Shown piece by piece: positions 47,091 to 60,797 of a stretch of DNA of 64,000 nt. The notes under the pieces are model-generated. The model was not told the origin of the DNA. It made no database searches and worked only from the letters and a program-made list of their open reading frames with translations. Source of the DNA: Novakomyces olei (taxonomy: Eukaryota); contig JADEYG010000003.1 of the NCBI GenBank assembly GCA_016906335.1, forward strand, positions 558,001 to 622,000, read 5' to 3'. Position 1 is the stretch's first letter; each line of letters starts with the position of its first letter. Position numbers and translations under genes: made by a program.

Positions 47091-48987
47091 ATGTCCCCAA
47101 GCGTCAACTATCAAAACATGATAGACGCAGTGCCTATTGTTATTAATCGCTGAATAAATAAATAAATAAATAGTATTCCAAGCGATTTTCGGGCATAGAT
47201 TAAAGACGATCGAAATCTTGTGTCGCTAATTGCATCTGACTGTACAATTTATGTGCGTTTGTTACTCTATGTATGCTTAAGCTTTGGTTGCCTCAATAAT
47301 TTTTAACAAAGCCAGCACTGCGAAAAGAAGCGAGAATATTGATGGTCGAGTCCTTGATTGCGCAATGAAGAATGGATGTAAAATTATTTGATTTAAAATT
47401 AAATGAGCCCTTATCGGCGGACGAGCTACAAAGTCTTTTGCGGCTCTTACTGCCGATATTGACCAGCCGAGATCAGCAAAAGCAATTTTTGTAAGTTTAA
47501 TTAATGGAAATCTAAAACAATCAATCACTCTGATTCTTCTCTATATTGCCATTTTCCGATTTAATCAATTCGCGAAATGACAAAATAAAAAAGCAACCAT
47601 TACATTTAATTCGTCGATCTAACGTTAGTGAATCGCAAACGGACATCAAGCTCATTTCAAAATGTGCACAGCTATCCGCCCCGAGCGAGATGCTGTTTAA
47701 AGTTCTCGTCAATGCGACAGCTGGAAATGCTGCCTCTGCCCGAATCTTGGCTGTTCGGTCATTTAGCGCAGCTTATGCCCCTGTTTGGGATTTGCTACAA
47801 AGGTAACGTGGCACGCTTAGCCTTAATGATAGTTCCAGACTAATGCTTTAGACTACTTGAAAAGGAAGTAATGGTCTCGATTGTATTCTTGAACACGGTT
47901 TTATTTCAGGATATTAGAATCTGCTATGATTTTCTTCCGCTCAAAGACGCACTCTCGCACCTCTTTGATCGGGCTTCTGTAGAATACGATTTCTTATGGT
48001 ATGTCTTTTTGTGCTTTATCAAATACGGCTTATATTTATTTATTAAAATTATTGATATCGATATTTTCAAATTTCAGTGGGGATTTACTAATGCCGTTTC
48101 AGTTCTCTGTTTGCTTATAGGCTGTTACAAAAAGCAGGCGCGCATTTTGTGGCTTCTTGCATTGGGCCTGGCCAACCAGCGCGAGTGTATGATTTCATTT
48201 TCCATTCGATTGTGGAAAATGGAGTGGAATCGACCGTGCATCAATGCATATTACTATCGCATTTAATACTAGTCATAAATGGCCAATTGGGCACAAATAT
48301 AGATGATTTACAAGACACTGTTCCTACACTACGTAAATGGATTGTTATCGTGAACGATGGAATCATCAAAAGCACTTCAGATGGCAAAACAGATCTCAGT
48401 TGTGCAACTGATCAAGTGAATTTTTTCGTTTGCTCAAGCATAAAGCTCTTGGATCTTTTAGATTCAATGGTGGCTAAAAACACTTTGGCAAAGGCACGGT
48501 CTGGCCAGCAAGAGAGAATGGGAGAATTGTTCCACGGAATAAAGCGCGAAATTGTATTTCTGCTGACACTGTATTGCTATACTTTTCCCGAGGCAAAAGA
48601 CGTCGTTCGTGAATGTGGAGCGATGGCGGTCTGTCTGTCTTGCTGTCAGCACGACGATGATAATCCCTGTAAGTTATCTTAATGATTGGCTTTTTGCGCT
48701 TTAGTGTATTCAATGATTTAGTATTTTAAATTATCTATAACTGTTTTATTTGCTTTATATTTCATTTCTATATTTGACGTTCTCTCTTGCAATTTTCTAA
48801 CAGACTAGATATCCGTGAGTACACTGTCCTTTTAATACGTTTCCTGCTTTCTGGAAACCAGGAAAACCAGAAAATTGTGGCCGGACTTGAGGCAAAGGGG
48901 CTGACCGAGGAAAGCCAAAGTGTTCTTACAAAGGCAAGAACGGGCAATAGCCCTGGCGTACCAGTACGCCGACCTATTCTTGATTGA
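47091..48987 (+). CDS. Ataxin-10/Ctr86-like ARM protein, multi-exon
   Basis: C-terminal AKDVVRECGAMAVCLSCCQHDDDNP/YIREYTVLLIRFLLSGNQENQKIVAGLEAK is the ataxin-10 domain. 5' exons tentative. Confidence 0.8.
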
Positions 48988-49261
48988 TCTTTTGCTCAGC
49001 ATGCTATTGTAATAATTGGTGATACAATAACAATAACAATGCCAATGAAAGAATAATAGTATTATGACAATTCCAGCGATATGAAACGCTTTATCAATTT
49101 ATAATTTGCTAATCTTTTTATAATTCGTTCTTCAAATCTATTTTAATGCTTGATCAAAATATTAGATTTTTTAAATTTGCTCTGCGGGTCAAACCTGAAA
49201 TTTTATGATTCGTTAAATCTTAATTATTTAGTTGTTCTAGAGATCTATAAATTAATCATCA

Positions 49262-51970
49262 TTACTCCATATCATCATCTGCCTCTGGCTTGTCCAAGTA
49301 TGAATATAATCGATCAATCTCATCGTATATAACGCGCCAGGGCAACGTTTCATCCTTTGCTTCTGGATAAGTATAGACGCCATCATAACCGGCTGCCTGA
49401 TCGTGCAGGGATTCGAGATACTCAAATCTGCGTCTGGAACAGTCGGACCGTACAACAGCATAAAACTGTTCAATGTTGGGCGAATGGGCGACCCATTTCA
49501 AATACTGTAGGCTGTCCATGCCAAAACTAGATACCCGTTTAAGCTCATCCGTATCAAAAAGAAAATTAGACAGTCTGTTATATGAAGAGCCATCGAGAGC
49601 CTTTGATCTGGACAACTTTGCTTGCTTCTTATCCGTTTCGTCCGCAAAAGCATTCAGACTCAGATCGGGAGACTGCCCCGAAAACATTTTAGACAACCGT
49701 TCTTGACCCGTTGCTCTTTGTGCGGCGGGAAGAGAATCGTGACTGGAAGATTTGTCTGCCGATGTATCGTAATAGGCATCGGACCCACCAACATCTGAAT
49801 CACTGCCGCTGTAATTTTCCACTGGCGGCTGAGGGAAGTCTGACAATGCTTCAGATTGAGGTGATGCCTGATCGCGATCAACAGAAAAAGGTGAATTGTT
49901 GAACGAGTCAATTTGCCTAGAATCTGGTCTATTCAAGTCTGTCTGCCTTGAACCGATACCCTGATTTCCCAACGTTGCTGGTTGAAGACTTGCAACTTCA
50001 GCCGGGAAAGAATAGCCTTTGTCATTGCCTCTTTGCCCTCTATCAACAGTCTGAGTCCAGGACACGTCCCTGCTGGACTCGTTAAAATCTTCGTCTTCAT
50101 CGACGTCTACGCCGAGATCTCGATCAAGCTCAACGTCACTTACATCGCTCTCGGCCGTGTTGTCTATACCCGACCGTGGAGGTTGCTGAATATTCTTGTG
50201 CACATTTGCCAAAAGCTGCTGCTGCCTGAAAATATTTGCCAGACTTTCACTTGCCGCTAATGTTTGCCTATTTGCTGGATGACTATCATTAGCTTTTGAA
50301 TGCTCTTCTCTTTCGTCCAAAGGCGACTGTGCGACCGGCTCGTTAGACTCTTGTTCGTGAGACTCTTGTTCGTAAGGCTCGTTCACAGCTAATTGACCTT
50401 GATTTTTCTTGCCCTGCTTTACGTCCCTCCCGGCGTATCGACCCACATCTGTTTTTGAAGTTTTGCTTCGGTGGAAAAGAAAATTTATTAGACCCTTTCT
50501 TTTCTTTTTAGGGGCTTGTTTTGCCTTTTCAGTATCGGCGGATACATTAATGGCTGAGTCGGATACTTTTCTCTGTGCCACCTTGGGAAACGATGCGTCA
50601 TAGGCTTTGTGCATTTCCGGGTTAGACGAAGACCGTCTTTTAGACAGAACCGGTGTAGGTTTCGACTCAGAGTCAGAGGTTGCCTCTGTCGGACCGGATC
50701 TTCTTTGTTCAATAGCAGGGTGCCTTTCTGGTGAAGACACGGAATGTTTATTATCATTATTAATTTTTGTCCTCTTTTTGCCAGAACCTGCCTTGCTTTC
50801 TGCATCATCCAAATGCATACGGTACTCCCGCTCTGAAGCTTCCCAACGATCCCGTGCAGCTTTCTCCTCGTAACCATTTGCGTTGGACTTTTTACGTATA
50901 TAAAGCTCTGCATCGTCTGTTCCATGCGATTTATCTCCGTTCTGCTCCGACGATTCATCCACAGAAGAATCTAATTCTCGAACACTAGCAAACTCCTCCT
51001 CCGATATATCTTCGCTTTCATCCTCCGATGAGTTCGGTACATAAGGATACGGTGGAGGATCAATATAAGTAGGAGACTCGAACGAAACAAGCCGGCCTAA
51101 CGCATCCAGTTCCCTAGTAACACGCCGTTGTCTGTTTGGCAGCTCAACCAGTTTGCCTTTTGCAGACGCATCTTCAATCCCGGCTGCCAGCTGTAAAACG
51201 TTAGTTATTTTTTGAAACGATTCGTTTTTTTTTTCTTTTTTTTTTCTTTTTTCTTTTTTCCTTTTCTTATTTTTTCTTTTTAATTTTAATATGTTAATTT
51301 CATTGTCTAGTAATAATTATATCTCCATGTACACTGCTTCCTTAATCTTGTCTGTCATTCTTATATTCTTTTACTACTGCAACTAAGTCAGACACGAAAG
51401 AGCTGGTTGAAACGCGCGTACATCGGTGCTTACCTCCACATTACGGTGCTTGTTCAACCGTGCTAATCGTTCAGTAGGCAGCTCAATATGCTCGGCCGGC
51501 AGGTACCCAATTGTATTATCAGTTGGGTCCTTTACGAGCCACCAATAAGAGTGAGAATCGTCCAAGAGCACCATCTTGTCGCCCTTTTGTGCGCTACACT
51601 GTCCCTCTACGGTAGCCACGAAATTGTGTAGAGCGTAAACCATAGAGAAATCGATATCTTCTTCCGGTGCAATTGACGAAGAGGACGAAAGCGAAGCCAG
51701 CTCCAAATCATTGTCCTCAGACTCTGCATCAACAATCTCATCGTCTTCGTCTGACGCGATTGTCCCTTCTTGATCTGTATTGTCGTCATTGTCTAAATGG
51801 CCTCGGCCACCTTCAGGATCGCCATACTCTATCGCCTCTCCAGCGTCATCATCGTCATCTGACACGGTCGAGGCAGTTGAAAAATCCCTATAATGGAGAC
51901 TCCCTGTGCTTGGCGAGTAATCTGCCGCCATTGGACCGGCTGAGAGCGATTGCGTCGCCAGCGACGCCAT
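49262..51970 (-). CDS. tea4: SH3-domain cell-polarity/PP1-targeting protein Tea4/TeaC/Bud14 (1 intron)
   Basis: DIDFSMVYALHNFVATVEGQ..KGD.MVLLDDSHSYWWLV..IGYLPAEHIELPTERLARLNKHRN. RVxF-like RLVSF in exon 2. Confidence 0.85.
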
Positions 51971-52915
51971 TGCTCATCGCGATTTGACGCGTCGCTCTTC
52001 CAGTGCCATGCTTGTCATTATGGAAAAGTCAGGGTTTTCTGGGTATAATATTAGGTAAAGTTGTAGAATAAATTAAAAATAGTAAATTATAAATAATAAA
52101 TTTGTAGTAATAGATTAAAAATAATAGATTAAAAATAATAAAACAGTACACGGCCGGGTCGAAAGGAGACATCTCAATGCACGATTGCTGGGGATAATGC
52201 TTGCACATATACCGGCGCGATCAAGGCTAGTGTGCGCGGTTGCGTAAAGGACACAAGGCGATTGGTGTACGGAGACTGTCGAGCAATATTCAAGCCAAGA
52301 CGTTTGATCTGGCCAAGTCTAATTGCTTTAGTGCAGTCTACAAGCACTCACTAGCGAACGGACTGATCTGTGCAGATATTATCGTGGTTATCGTCTTTGG
52401 CCGTTGCAAAGACTAAAGGGCGCTTACAATTTAGACAGAAAAGGCTCAGAGTATTTGGAGTATTGCAGATTTGCTTTTGCTTCGAGGTCTAAAAGTAACA
52501 GTAATTGCACATCGGCTCAAGCAGTCTACTGCCTCTATCTAACCTTTCCTCCTGGTTTCTTTTTTAGAGGCAAAGAACGTAAAGACTGTGGCAGCAATTG
52601 ACGCAAGGCCTTGACTGGCTGGCTGGCTGGATCGATCAATCATTAATCAAAAGTTTGGATAGTTGGCGATTGCCTGCAAGGATATATTGCATGCGCTACT
52701 GTACATACATTTTGCAGAAAACAACAAAATCCTGCAAAATCGCTCTTGTGAGCGTTTGCATTCAAGCTGCTCTAACACTTCATTTGAAAATATTGTGACT
52801 CTACTGTTGTTTAATTCCTGTGAAAAGGGCAGATTAGCTTTATTCTTTATTTTCCGGTCTACGGTACCGTTCTTTATTGCACAGTACGTCCTGCATTGAA
52901 ACGGCACGCGTCCGT

Positions 52916-54409
52916 ATGGCGTCAGCGCGTCGAATTCCGTCAGAGTCTCGGCGCTTTACAGGAAACACGAGCCGTTCTTCCTCAGAGGCAGTGTCACCGG
53001 CATCGCTTTACCTGAACTCCCTGCGCGATGCGAGTCCTCTCTCTGCTCGAATGCAGAGCAGTATCTACTCCGACACAACTGAGCCCACGTCTGGATCGGC
53101 AGAAGGCCCTTTCCCTGGCATGATGCTCGAGGCAATGCCAGTCACAAAGCCAAGAATGGCGCCTTCATTAGCTTCAATGTCTGTATCGGCATACAGTGAC
53201 GGGGGAGAGGGGTACTTGTCCTCCGACACGGATTCTGCTCCGCAAAAATTTGTACTTGACAAGATTATCGCTACTGGTGGATCTTCTACCATCTGGCGCG
53301 CAGTGGGGTGCGGCACGTTTGCCCAGTCTTCCATTGTCGCTGTGAAAGTAGTGCAAAAAGTACCGCCTCCATCGTCGGCCTCGTCAGCAATTTCTCGAGA
53401 TCAGCAGGACTCGTCGAGCACTACGAGTCTTACATTATCGCCCACATCCCTTTCACCGTTCGAACGTACATATACCGCTGCGGCTCCCGCCTCTTTACCC
53501 TCAACGGCCAACTCTACTAATGGCTTTTGCAGTGCAAGTCAGGGCATCTCTTGTATAACAACAGCAACGACGACGACGACAAACTGCCAGCGAGACGTTT
53601 ATCATGAATTAGATGTTTGGAGATCGATAAGCTCACGGGGCCTGTGTCACCGTAACATTCTGCCGATGACTCACATGCACGAGAGTGCCAATTACATGTA
53701 CATTGTATCCCCCTTCATGGACGGAGGATCGCTGTTTGACTTTCTAGTCAAACGGGAAAAAGCAGGCAAAAGGGCCTTACTGCCTTTGCAAGTCGTCCTT
53801 CGCTGGACAAAGCAAACAGCTGAGGCTTTGGATTGGCTTCATAACGTTTGCGGAGTCGTTCATGGCGATATTAAACTGGAAAATATCTTACTCGCGAGGT
53901 TTGGCGACGGTCCCTGCGATATGAATGCTTTTATCGCGGATTTTGGAATGGCGCAGTACCTTCAAACAAGCCTTACTCAACCTGCTTCACCTAATAATGA
54001 AACCACGTCTTTAGCTTCAAGCGCTGCTGGACTAAATACTGATAGCTTAAATACTGCTGGAGGCCCAGTTGGATCTCTGGCTTACGCGTCTCCTGAACAA
54101 TTACGGTGCCTAGGGAGCAATATTCGTACAAAGGACAGTGATGCTTGGGCTTATGGCTGCTGCGTTTACGGACTGCTTACTGGCCAACTGCCTTTTGCTC
54201 ATCCAATGCCACAAAAGCTGAGGCAACTGATCTTGGCCGGAGAGTATGACAATGAATTGCTAGAGCAGATGGCACTCAGTATTGAGGGATTGCCAGTGAA
54301 CGAGGGACAGAAAAGTGTACTGGCCCGAGTTGTTCGTCAGTGTCTAGATCCTGATTGTGCGAGCCGATGCAATTTATCGCAGATACTAATGGATTTGTAT
54401 GTCCACTGA
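52916..54409 (+). CDS. Ser/Thr protein kinase (CAMK-like, non-RD) with large inserts
   Basis: IATGGSSTIW, VAVK, HRNILPM, GGSLFD, VHGDIKLENIL, DFG, GSLAYASPE, SDAWAYG. Confidence 0.88.
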   Translation: MASARRIPSESRRFTGNTSRSSSEAVSPASLYLNSLRDASPLSARMQSSIYSDTTEPTSGSAEGPFPGMMLEAMPVTKPRMAPSLASMSVSAYSDGGEGYLSSDTDSAPQKFVLDKIIATGGSSTIWRAVGCGTFAQSSIVAVKVVQKVPPPSSASSAISRDQQDSSSTTSLTLSPTSLSPFERTYTAAAPASLPSTANSTNGFCSASQGISCITTATTTTTNCQRDVYHELDVWRSISSRGLCHRNILPMTHMHESANYMYIVSPFMDGGSLFDFLVKREKAGKRALLPLQVVLRWTKQTAEALDWLHNVCGVVHGDIKLENILLARFGDGPCDMNAFIADFGMAQYLQTSLTQPASPNNETTSLASSAAGLNTDSLNTAGGPVGSLAYASPEQLRCLGSNIRTKDSDAWAYGCCVYGLLTGQLPFAHPMPQKLRQLILAGEYDNELLEQMALSIEGLPVNEGQKSVLARVVRQCLDPDCASRCNLSQILMDLYVH

Positions 54410-55278
54410 TGAGAGAAGAAAAGGCGATAGGAAAGAGGGAATACGGAAAGAAAATCAGGGAAAAAAGAAAACGAAAAGGAAGGAGAAATTACGAGGAAAA
54501 CAAAATATATTACGGGGATAATAATAATGAAAAGGAACAGGGACGTGATGATATCGGGACTGGAATAAGTGTTCTATAGTGTGCAGCTGTGCAGCTTTGC
54601 TGTTTGTATTTTTATGAAAAGCTAAATTTTTATGGAAAATTTAAAGTTGTTGGTGTTTGTCTGATTTTGTTTTGTTGATAGCCAATTGAGCGGGGTCACT
54701 GGGTATGGTTTTATGTTCATATTTGTTTTGATTCGATTATACTTTGTGAGACGATGGAAGATTATATTTATTTTCATTCGTCTGTTTGTGGAAGTATTCT
54801 CAATTGTTTTTTTTGTTACGTTTCATGTCATCTACTTCAATAGTTATATTAAACCATACATATCCGACAAAATGCATCTTTCGCGAGCAAAGTCATTGAT
54901 CAAAGACTGTTTATTATCTTGGGTAATTTGCTCTAGCTTTTTCTTTTTTGTATTCTGGATTTTTGATGCTTCCTATCATTATGGCTTGTTATCACATTAT
55001 TATTTTTCTTGTTTTGTGATTGATAATTGATATTTTTCGTTCTTGTGCAAAGGGTGGTATCACCTCTTCTCTCCGCCGTTCGTTTTCGTACACGGAATGG
55101 CAGTTTTTATGGTTTTACAACAAGAAAAAGGTTATATTGCATAATAGTATTATTATATATACAATAATATACAATAATATACAATAATATACATAGCATA
55201 TAACCCTCGAACCTTTTATCAATAAGCTCGAAGTAGTCATTGGTCCAGTAGATATATCCGATTCTCTCTTCCGTCTCA

Positions 55279-56459
55279 TTATCCAACCCTGGGCGGTGCT
55301 GGTTTGCCGGCGTCAGGGTCCTTTTCGCTAGAACGTTCAATTTCACGACGAACAATCTTGTTGGCAGCATTGATATAAGTGCCGACAATAAACGCGAGCA
55401 AGTTGAAAAAGGGTACCCAATACTCTGGAGGCAAGTATGCCTGGGCGAGGAACAGTGCAGGTGGTGAAGTGGCCCAAGTAAGTTTAATGGCCTGATATTA
55501 GTAAGGAGATAAAACAAGGAAAGAATTTAAAACTGATACTGAAAAACAACGAGAGTACACAACAACCAAATTGACGTGCTCTAGTAACCCTTTTAAAAAT
55601 AGATAAAAAAAAAAACAGTACGCAATCGACAAATATAAAAAAAATGGTAAAATTGAGAAAAGACCAACAAGCAAAACTGTAGAGCTTACATGTGGGAACC
55701 CAGCAGCAACCGTTCTACGCACTTGCTTAAACGATCGTGCGCCAGCAATTATGGCCATACTTGCAAGATAAACGGCATTTTGTATTGGCGCGATCTGATA
55801 ACATTAGCACGCCCATGGATAAATGAATGTAATTCTTACTCCCAGATTGTGAAAAACAATCTGCAGCAGTTTGGCAAGCATCGTATTTTTCTTGCCCTGA
55901 AAAAGCCGCTGGGATAACCCAATTAAATCTGTGAAAAGATTAGAGGGATGTTGTACGCTATCTTCTTACAATGCGATACTGGTGCAGACACGAAGAACCC
56001 TGTGGCGGAGTTAGTAAAAGCTCAACCAGCCTGGCAACTGCCATGGCTCTTGTCCATTTTTTACTCTTTTTCATTTTTTTCTCCTGTTCAGTTTTCTTTC
56101 GTTGACAATGCTTATTTTTAGATTCTTTTTGGTCCCTTCACTATGCCTTTTGTCTCTTGTTGGCATTATCTAATCAATCTCTCCAAACACTGTCTCAATT
56201 GCCTCATTTTTTGTGCAGTCGTACCATAGATAAACATTTTTGGAACTCGCGGAGTAAAGTAAGCGCCCAAAGCAGATTTCGCGTTGGCATTACGCGCCGA
56301 GCGCGGAGCATAAGACCGCGCTACCTTCTCTGCCGCGACGGTGGCAAGAAACTCTCCGAGAGCAGAAAGAGTTCCCGAAGTAACAGATTTGGTTAAAAGA
56401 GGCCGACGCGCCAGTGCTTGACTGTACTCGCGAGCTAAAGCGTCCACGCCTGGAGCCAT
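55279..56459 (-). CDS. Mpv17/PMP22-family peroxisomal membrane protein, spliced
   Basis: Y..LARRPLLTKSVTSG.L..LGEFLA, RVPKMFIY/GFFVSAP, MAIIAGAR, AQAYLPPEYWVPFFNL.AF.VGTYIN. Confidence 0.9.
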
Positions 56460-57405
56460 ATTGCAGAGTCTTGACTGTACAATTGAAAATTAAATCAATT
56501 GCTCAAGGCGGTAAGTATAAGGAAAAGTGGATAGGCTCAAACAAAAAGGTTCAAAGCAAATAGGCTCAAAGTATAAAGGCTCTAATCGTGGTGGGTTAGC
56601 AAACTGTCTGCCACAGCTTTCGGCAGCTCTAGCGGGGTTTGACGGCGGGATGTTTGCTCAAGCAATACTGATAAGATTAGTTTGTTATAGCGCAGTTAGC
56701 GCTATATATAAAGTCTTTACACAGTGTATACACGTCTATATATGTATGTGTTCTGTCTATATTCAAGTGCCAACTTGTTCTTTGTTCTTTCAACGTTTTT
56801 CGGACAATAGACTATTTTAACTAGCTTTACTCCTAAATACACATATTCGCTTACTGGACGACGCGTCCACGACAGCTGTCTGTCTTTTAATTTTAAGTTT
56901 ATATGTAGCGTACTCTATTCTTTTAATTTCCGCATTTTAGAGTATAGCCACTTATCGGTCTCGTGTACAAACAATACAGCCAGAGCATGCCGATCCCATT
57001 CATTCTGCATATTTAGAAAGCCTATTTTCGAATCGGGATTGCGATCGGATTCAGCGCGCGCGTTTATCTTGACACTTTGTGTTTATTAAGGCTCCAATCT
57101 AGTGTCTCAGGCTCAAATTGTTGGATACAGGAACGATTCTGCTAGTTTGTAGCAATATACTTGCGCCATAAAACTCTACGCTTGCAGACTGAGCCGCGTT
57201 ACCGAAAGCGTGCAGTTCAGTGTTACTTGAAACCACGCCAAAGCAATCTTCGCCGTTTCAGTCTGCGTAATAAATTTCGGTACTACATTCGATATTACTT
57301 GTCCTTACCTTGTGTCGCCTCAGGGACTGTTTAGGGTTTTCTGCGCCGTTCTATTAGACAGACTTTTGAAGCAGGAGGAGCAGATCAGACTGGCCAGGTT
57401 TCGCG

Positions 57406-60282
57406 ATGCAGCAAGGCACGGGCCCCGTAATGATGCCCAATCTGGGCTCAGAGTCATACAAGACACTGGCACGGTCTTCACGGCAAAGGAACCGTACTCA
57501 GGTGGCCTGTACGGAATGCCACCGGCGAAAACAAAAGGTAACTTTTACTGAATTAATTTACTAGGCAATTTGATGGAAAAAGCGGGGGACTCCCCAAGCC
57601 GCCTCGACGAGGGGGAAAAAGCAAATTACGGTAGAATGGATCGTGTAAAAATACGCGAGAGCAGGACTGGGTGTTGAGCTCTTTAGCGCCACAGTCCTTT
57701 ATTCCTTTTATTTCAACAAAAATAAAAAAGTACTGGAGCGAGTAACTAACTGTCAGTGTAACCATGAATTGCCCTGCAATCAGTGTATAGCGCGCAAAGT
57801 CGGTGGGCTTTGCCGGTACGTCGATCGCAAAGACCGCAGATCTTCTGGTCCTGTTGCGGAAACACCCGACTCGTCAGGGACGATACCGCCATTCCCTCGG
57901 CCTCCTCAATTGCTCTCTGACGCGTCATCTCTGCTGGACCGGGTAGAGCTCTTTGAGAACCAGATACTGAGCCAGCAAATATCGGCGGAAGCCTCCGTAA
58001 AGTTTGCCGCTGGCAGCGGAACGGCATTACACTTGCCCAACGATCCGTCACTGTCGAGTGTATCTTCCTCGTCGGAAACGAGCCCCGAAGTTCACGGAGC
58101 CGGGTCCGCGCATACCTCCGAGTCCGACCGGGACGATGAGGAGGAGGCTGAGCACATGGCGACCCCGAGCTATGAGCTCGGGTACAGAGCGCATGCTCAA
58201 AACTCTGTACAAAAGCAATTGGACAATTTAAAGCTGGACTATGACGCTGCAGAGACCACGGAGGATCGGCTGTCGAACGCGGGCTTTAGCACGCCTCTTT
58301 CCTCGTCCCGCTCAAGGCAAGCCCCACCTCTGAGCGTGTTTGAAAAAGGAGAGATTGAGCGGTACATGGACTTTCTCCCTCCGCTGCCGTATGCCGTATT
58401 TCTGGTGGATTTATACTACCAATCACACGATCTCCATCTCTTGCCGCACCGTTCACACTTTATGAAATCGTTTGAGGCCTGGAAATCGACTCTAGCCAAG
58501 AGCGAAAAAGATCTGAATGTTACAGTGCTTGTGTTTTTCATGATGCAGTACAGTTTGCATAATCTGAACGATGCACAAAAAAAGTATGTCCTTGAGCTCG
58601 GCGACCCACTCGACATTCTTCGCCAAAAGTACTACCGGGCCGGCACGTACCTTCTCGGCTACGTACGCTGTGGGTTCTCCAAAGTCCTGTCGCTCGTGGT
58701 CAAGTTTGTATGCCACGCAGCGGCAGGAGAGATAGGAGAGAGCTGGCTTACCAGCTGTGCGGCAGTGCATTTAGCGCAGGATATGAATCTGCACCTGTCC
58801 GACAGAGAGCTGAACGTCTCTCCCGAGCGGAAGCAGCGTCGGCGGTACCTTTGGTGGCACCTGTACATCTACGACAGGCTTGTTGCGGACAAGCTTGGCC
58901 GGGCAAGTGTAATTGACCTGAGGCAGGTCAGTGTAGACCTGCCTGACCCAGAGCAGTTTGAGGGATCGGACAGGTACACTGTCCTGTCCCTGAGGGACAC
59001 TGCTCTCCTGCTGCTGACCCTCGAGCGTCGGCACAGTGCCTCCCGTGACCTCGACCACGAGTACATCCAGTCCCTGTCCTCACTGCTGACCCAGCGGGCC
59101 AAGTGCCTTACGCCAGTGTACAGGATACTCAACTGCGACACCTCCCTTGACGCTCGGCACCCAGAGATACTAAAGTACAGGTACTTTATCCACTCGCTGA
59201 TCTACTACACCTTCCACACTCTGCACCGGCAGTACTTTTACACAAGCAGCTCCCGTCTGGCTCCACACTCTTTGACGGCAAAGCAGTGGGAGGAAGGCTG
59301 CCGGGCGGCTATAAAGTACGCTCTTCTGCTTATTGCGGCACAGTACTTTGCCGTCAACGACAATGTCGTTTCCGGGTGCAAGTCTGGCGTCTCCTATTTC
59401 ACAGTGGACGCTTGTGTGCTGCTCACTGTCGCAGTCGTACGTGACCCATGCAACGAATGGGTGCCCGAGTGCCTCTCCGGCGTCCGCAAGGGCAAGTCTA
59501 TCGTCAGCCAGAGGGGGAACAAGCTGGCTGATCGAGGGTACAGGATTATATGTGCCCTGGAACAGAGAATGAATGCTGCCTTGGCATCAGCAGTTAAACG
59601 CCGAAAGGTGGGTGGAGGGCCGGAAAGGCTGAAGCCATCTCTGCCTCTGCCGAGCCAGTCACTAGAGACTCGGTCATCAGAGACTCGGTCACTAGAGACT
59701 CCCGAGTCTCAGGCAGGTTTTGGCACTGACAATGCCTCTGTAGCCCAGCAAAGGAGCCAGGCTCAGGCTGAGACTCAGTGGCAGTCTCAGACTCAGTGGC
59801 AGTGGCCGGCAGCGCAGCCGGTGCCGCCAGACTCTTTTTCGTCCGCCTCCAATGTGGACGGCAGCAGCGAGTCCTTCTTGGAGAGCCTCGACGGCGTAGT
59901 AAAGTCGCTCGTTTCCACCGATGGGTCTATCGGCTCTGTAAGCAGTGCTGACGATCTTTCACCAGAGTTTGGTGTTGTCACGCCGGAGCTGACAGACGAT
60001 GCGTGGACGTCGATTCTGAACAGCTACAATTACGATCCGTCAATGGCCGCCAGCGAGAACGATGCTAATGGATATACTGGCACAGAGTTTCCACCGTTCC
60101 AGCAGCCAACTGCCCCACAAACTGACCCGCTGGCCATGTACACTTCCGCCGTTAAGGACACGGGTGGTAATGACACGGTTGCCAGCGGAGTCGGCGAAAC
60201 GAGGCTGCCGAAACGGACGGCCGAGCTGTTGTACGACTTGAACGAGTACCAGTACCTGGAACAGTTTTCGTTTGGGCTCTAG
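57406..60282 (+). CDS. Zn(II)2Cys6 transcription factor with fungal TF middle-homology domain (intron 57538-57756)
   Basis: Spliced RNRTQVACTECHRRKQK/CNHELPCNQCIARKVGGLCRY. AVHLAQDMNLH..RRRYLWWHLYIYDR..LGR..DLPD. Acidic C-terminal tail. Confidence 0.92.
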
Positions 60283-60487
60283 ACGGACACTGTATGGCTG
60301 TACAGCACTGGCACTGGCTGTGACTATATTTGCTCTTTTCGTTGCCGCCATTACTTTGTTTGATTATGTTTTACCGCGTGTACATCTTGTTTACTAGTGG
60401 ATAGTGCGTATCGTTCCGGATTTTTGCGGGGGGAGGCTTGTTTTGCAGTGCAGGTGTGTGTTTATGTACGGTTGTTTGTATGGGCTT

Positions 60488-60564
60488 ATAAATATAAATA
60501 TAAATATAAATATAAATATAAATATAAATATAAATATAAATATAAATATAAATATAAATATAAA
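60488..60564. repeat. (TATAAA)n microsatellite
   Basis: About 12-13 perfect hexamer units. Confidence 0.95.
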
Positions 60565-60647
60565 TTACAAATAGATTGCCAAAATTGGGATAAAAGCTGT
60601 AATCCTCTATTAAAGCAGCAATTATTATTTGTTGGTAAACTTCGATA

Positions 60648-60778
60648 ATTAATTCAATAATTAATTCGATTAATTCACAATTAATTCGATTAATTCACAA
60701 TTAATTCGATTAATTCATAATTAATTCGATTAATTCATAATTAATTCGATTAATTCATAATTAATTCGATTAATTCAA
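60648..60778. repeat. 20-bp tandem minisatellite (ttaattcgattaattca[c/t]aa) x~6
   Basis: Visible as aligned 20-bp units 60661-60780, immediately upstream of the ATG at 60798. Confidence 0.95.
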
Positions 60779-60797
60779 TAATCATGTTTGCCAAACC

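Noticed and set aside
54686-55030. Hydrophobic 114-aa ORF and similar low-complexity or antisense ORFs in the track
   Set aside because: T-rich UTR or microsatellite translations with TTG/GTG starts, or shadows of real genes on the opposite strand.
60648-60780. CRISPR-like periodic repeat
   Set aside because: No spacers, eukaryotic context, no cas genes. It is a simple minisatellite.
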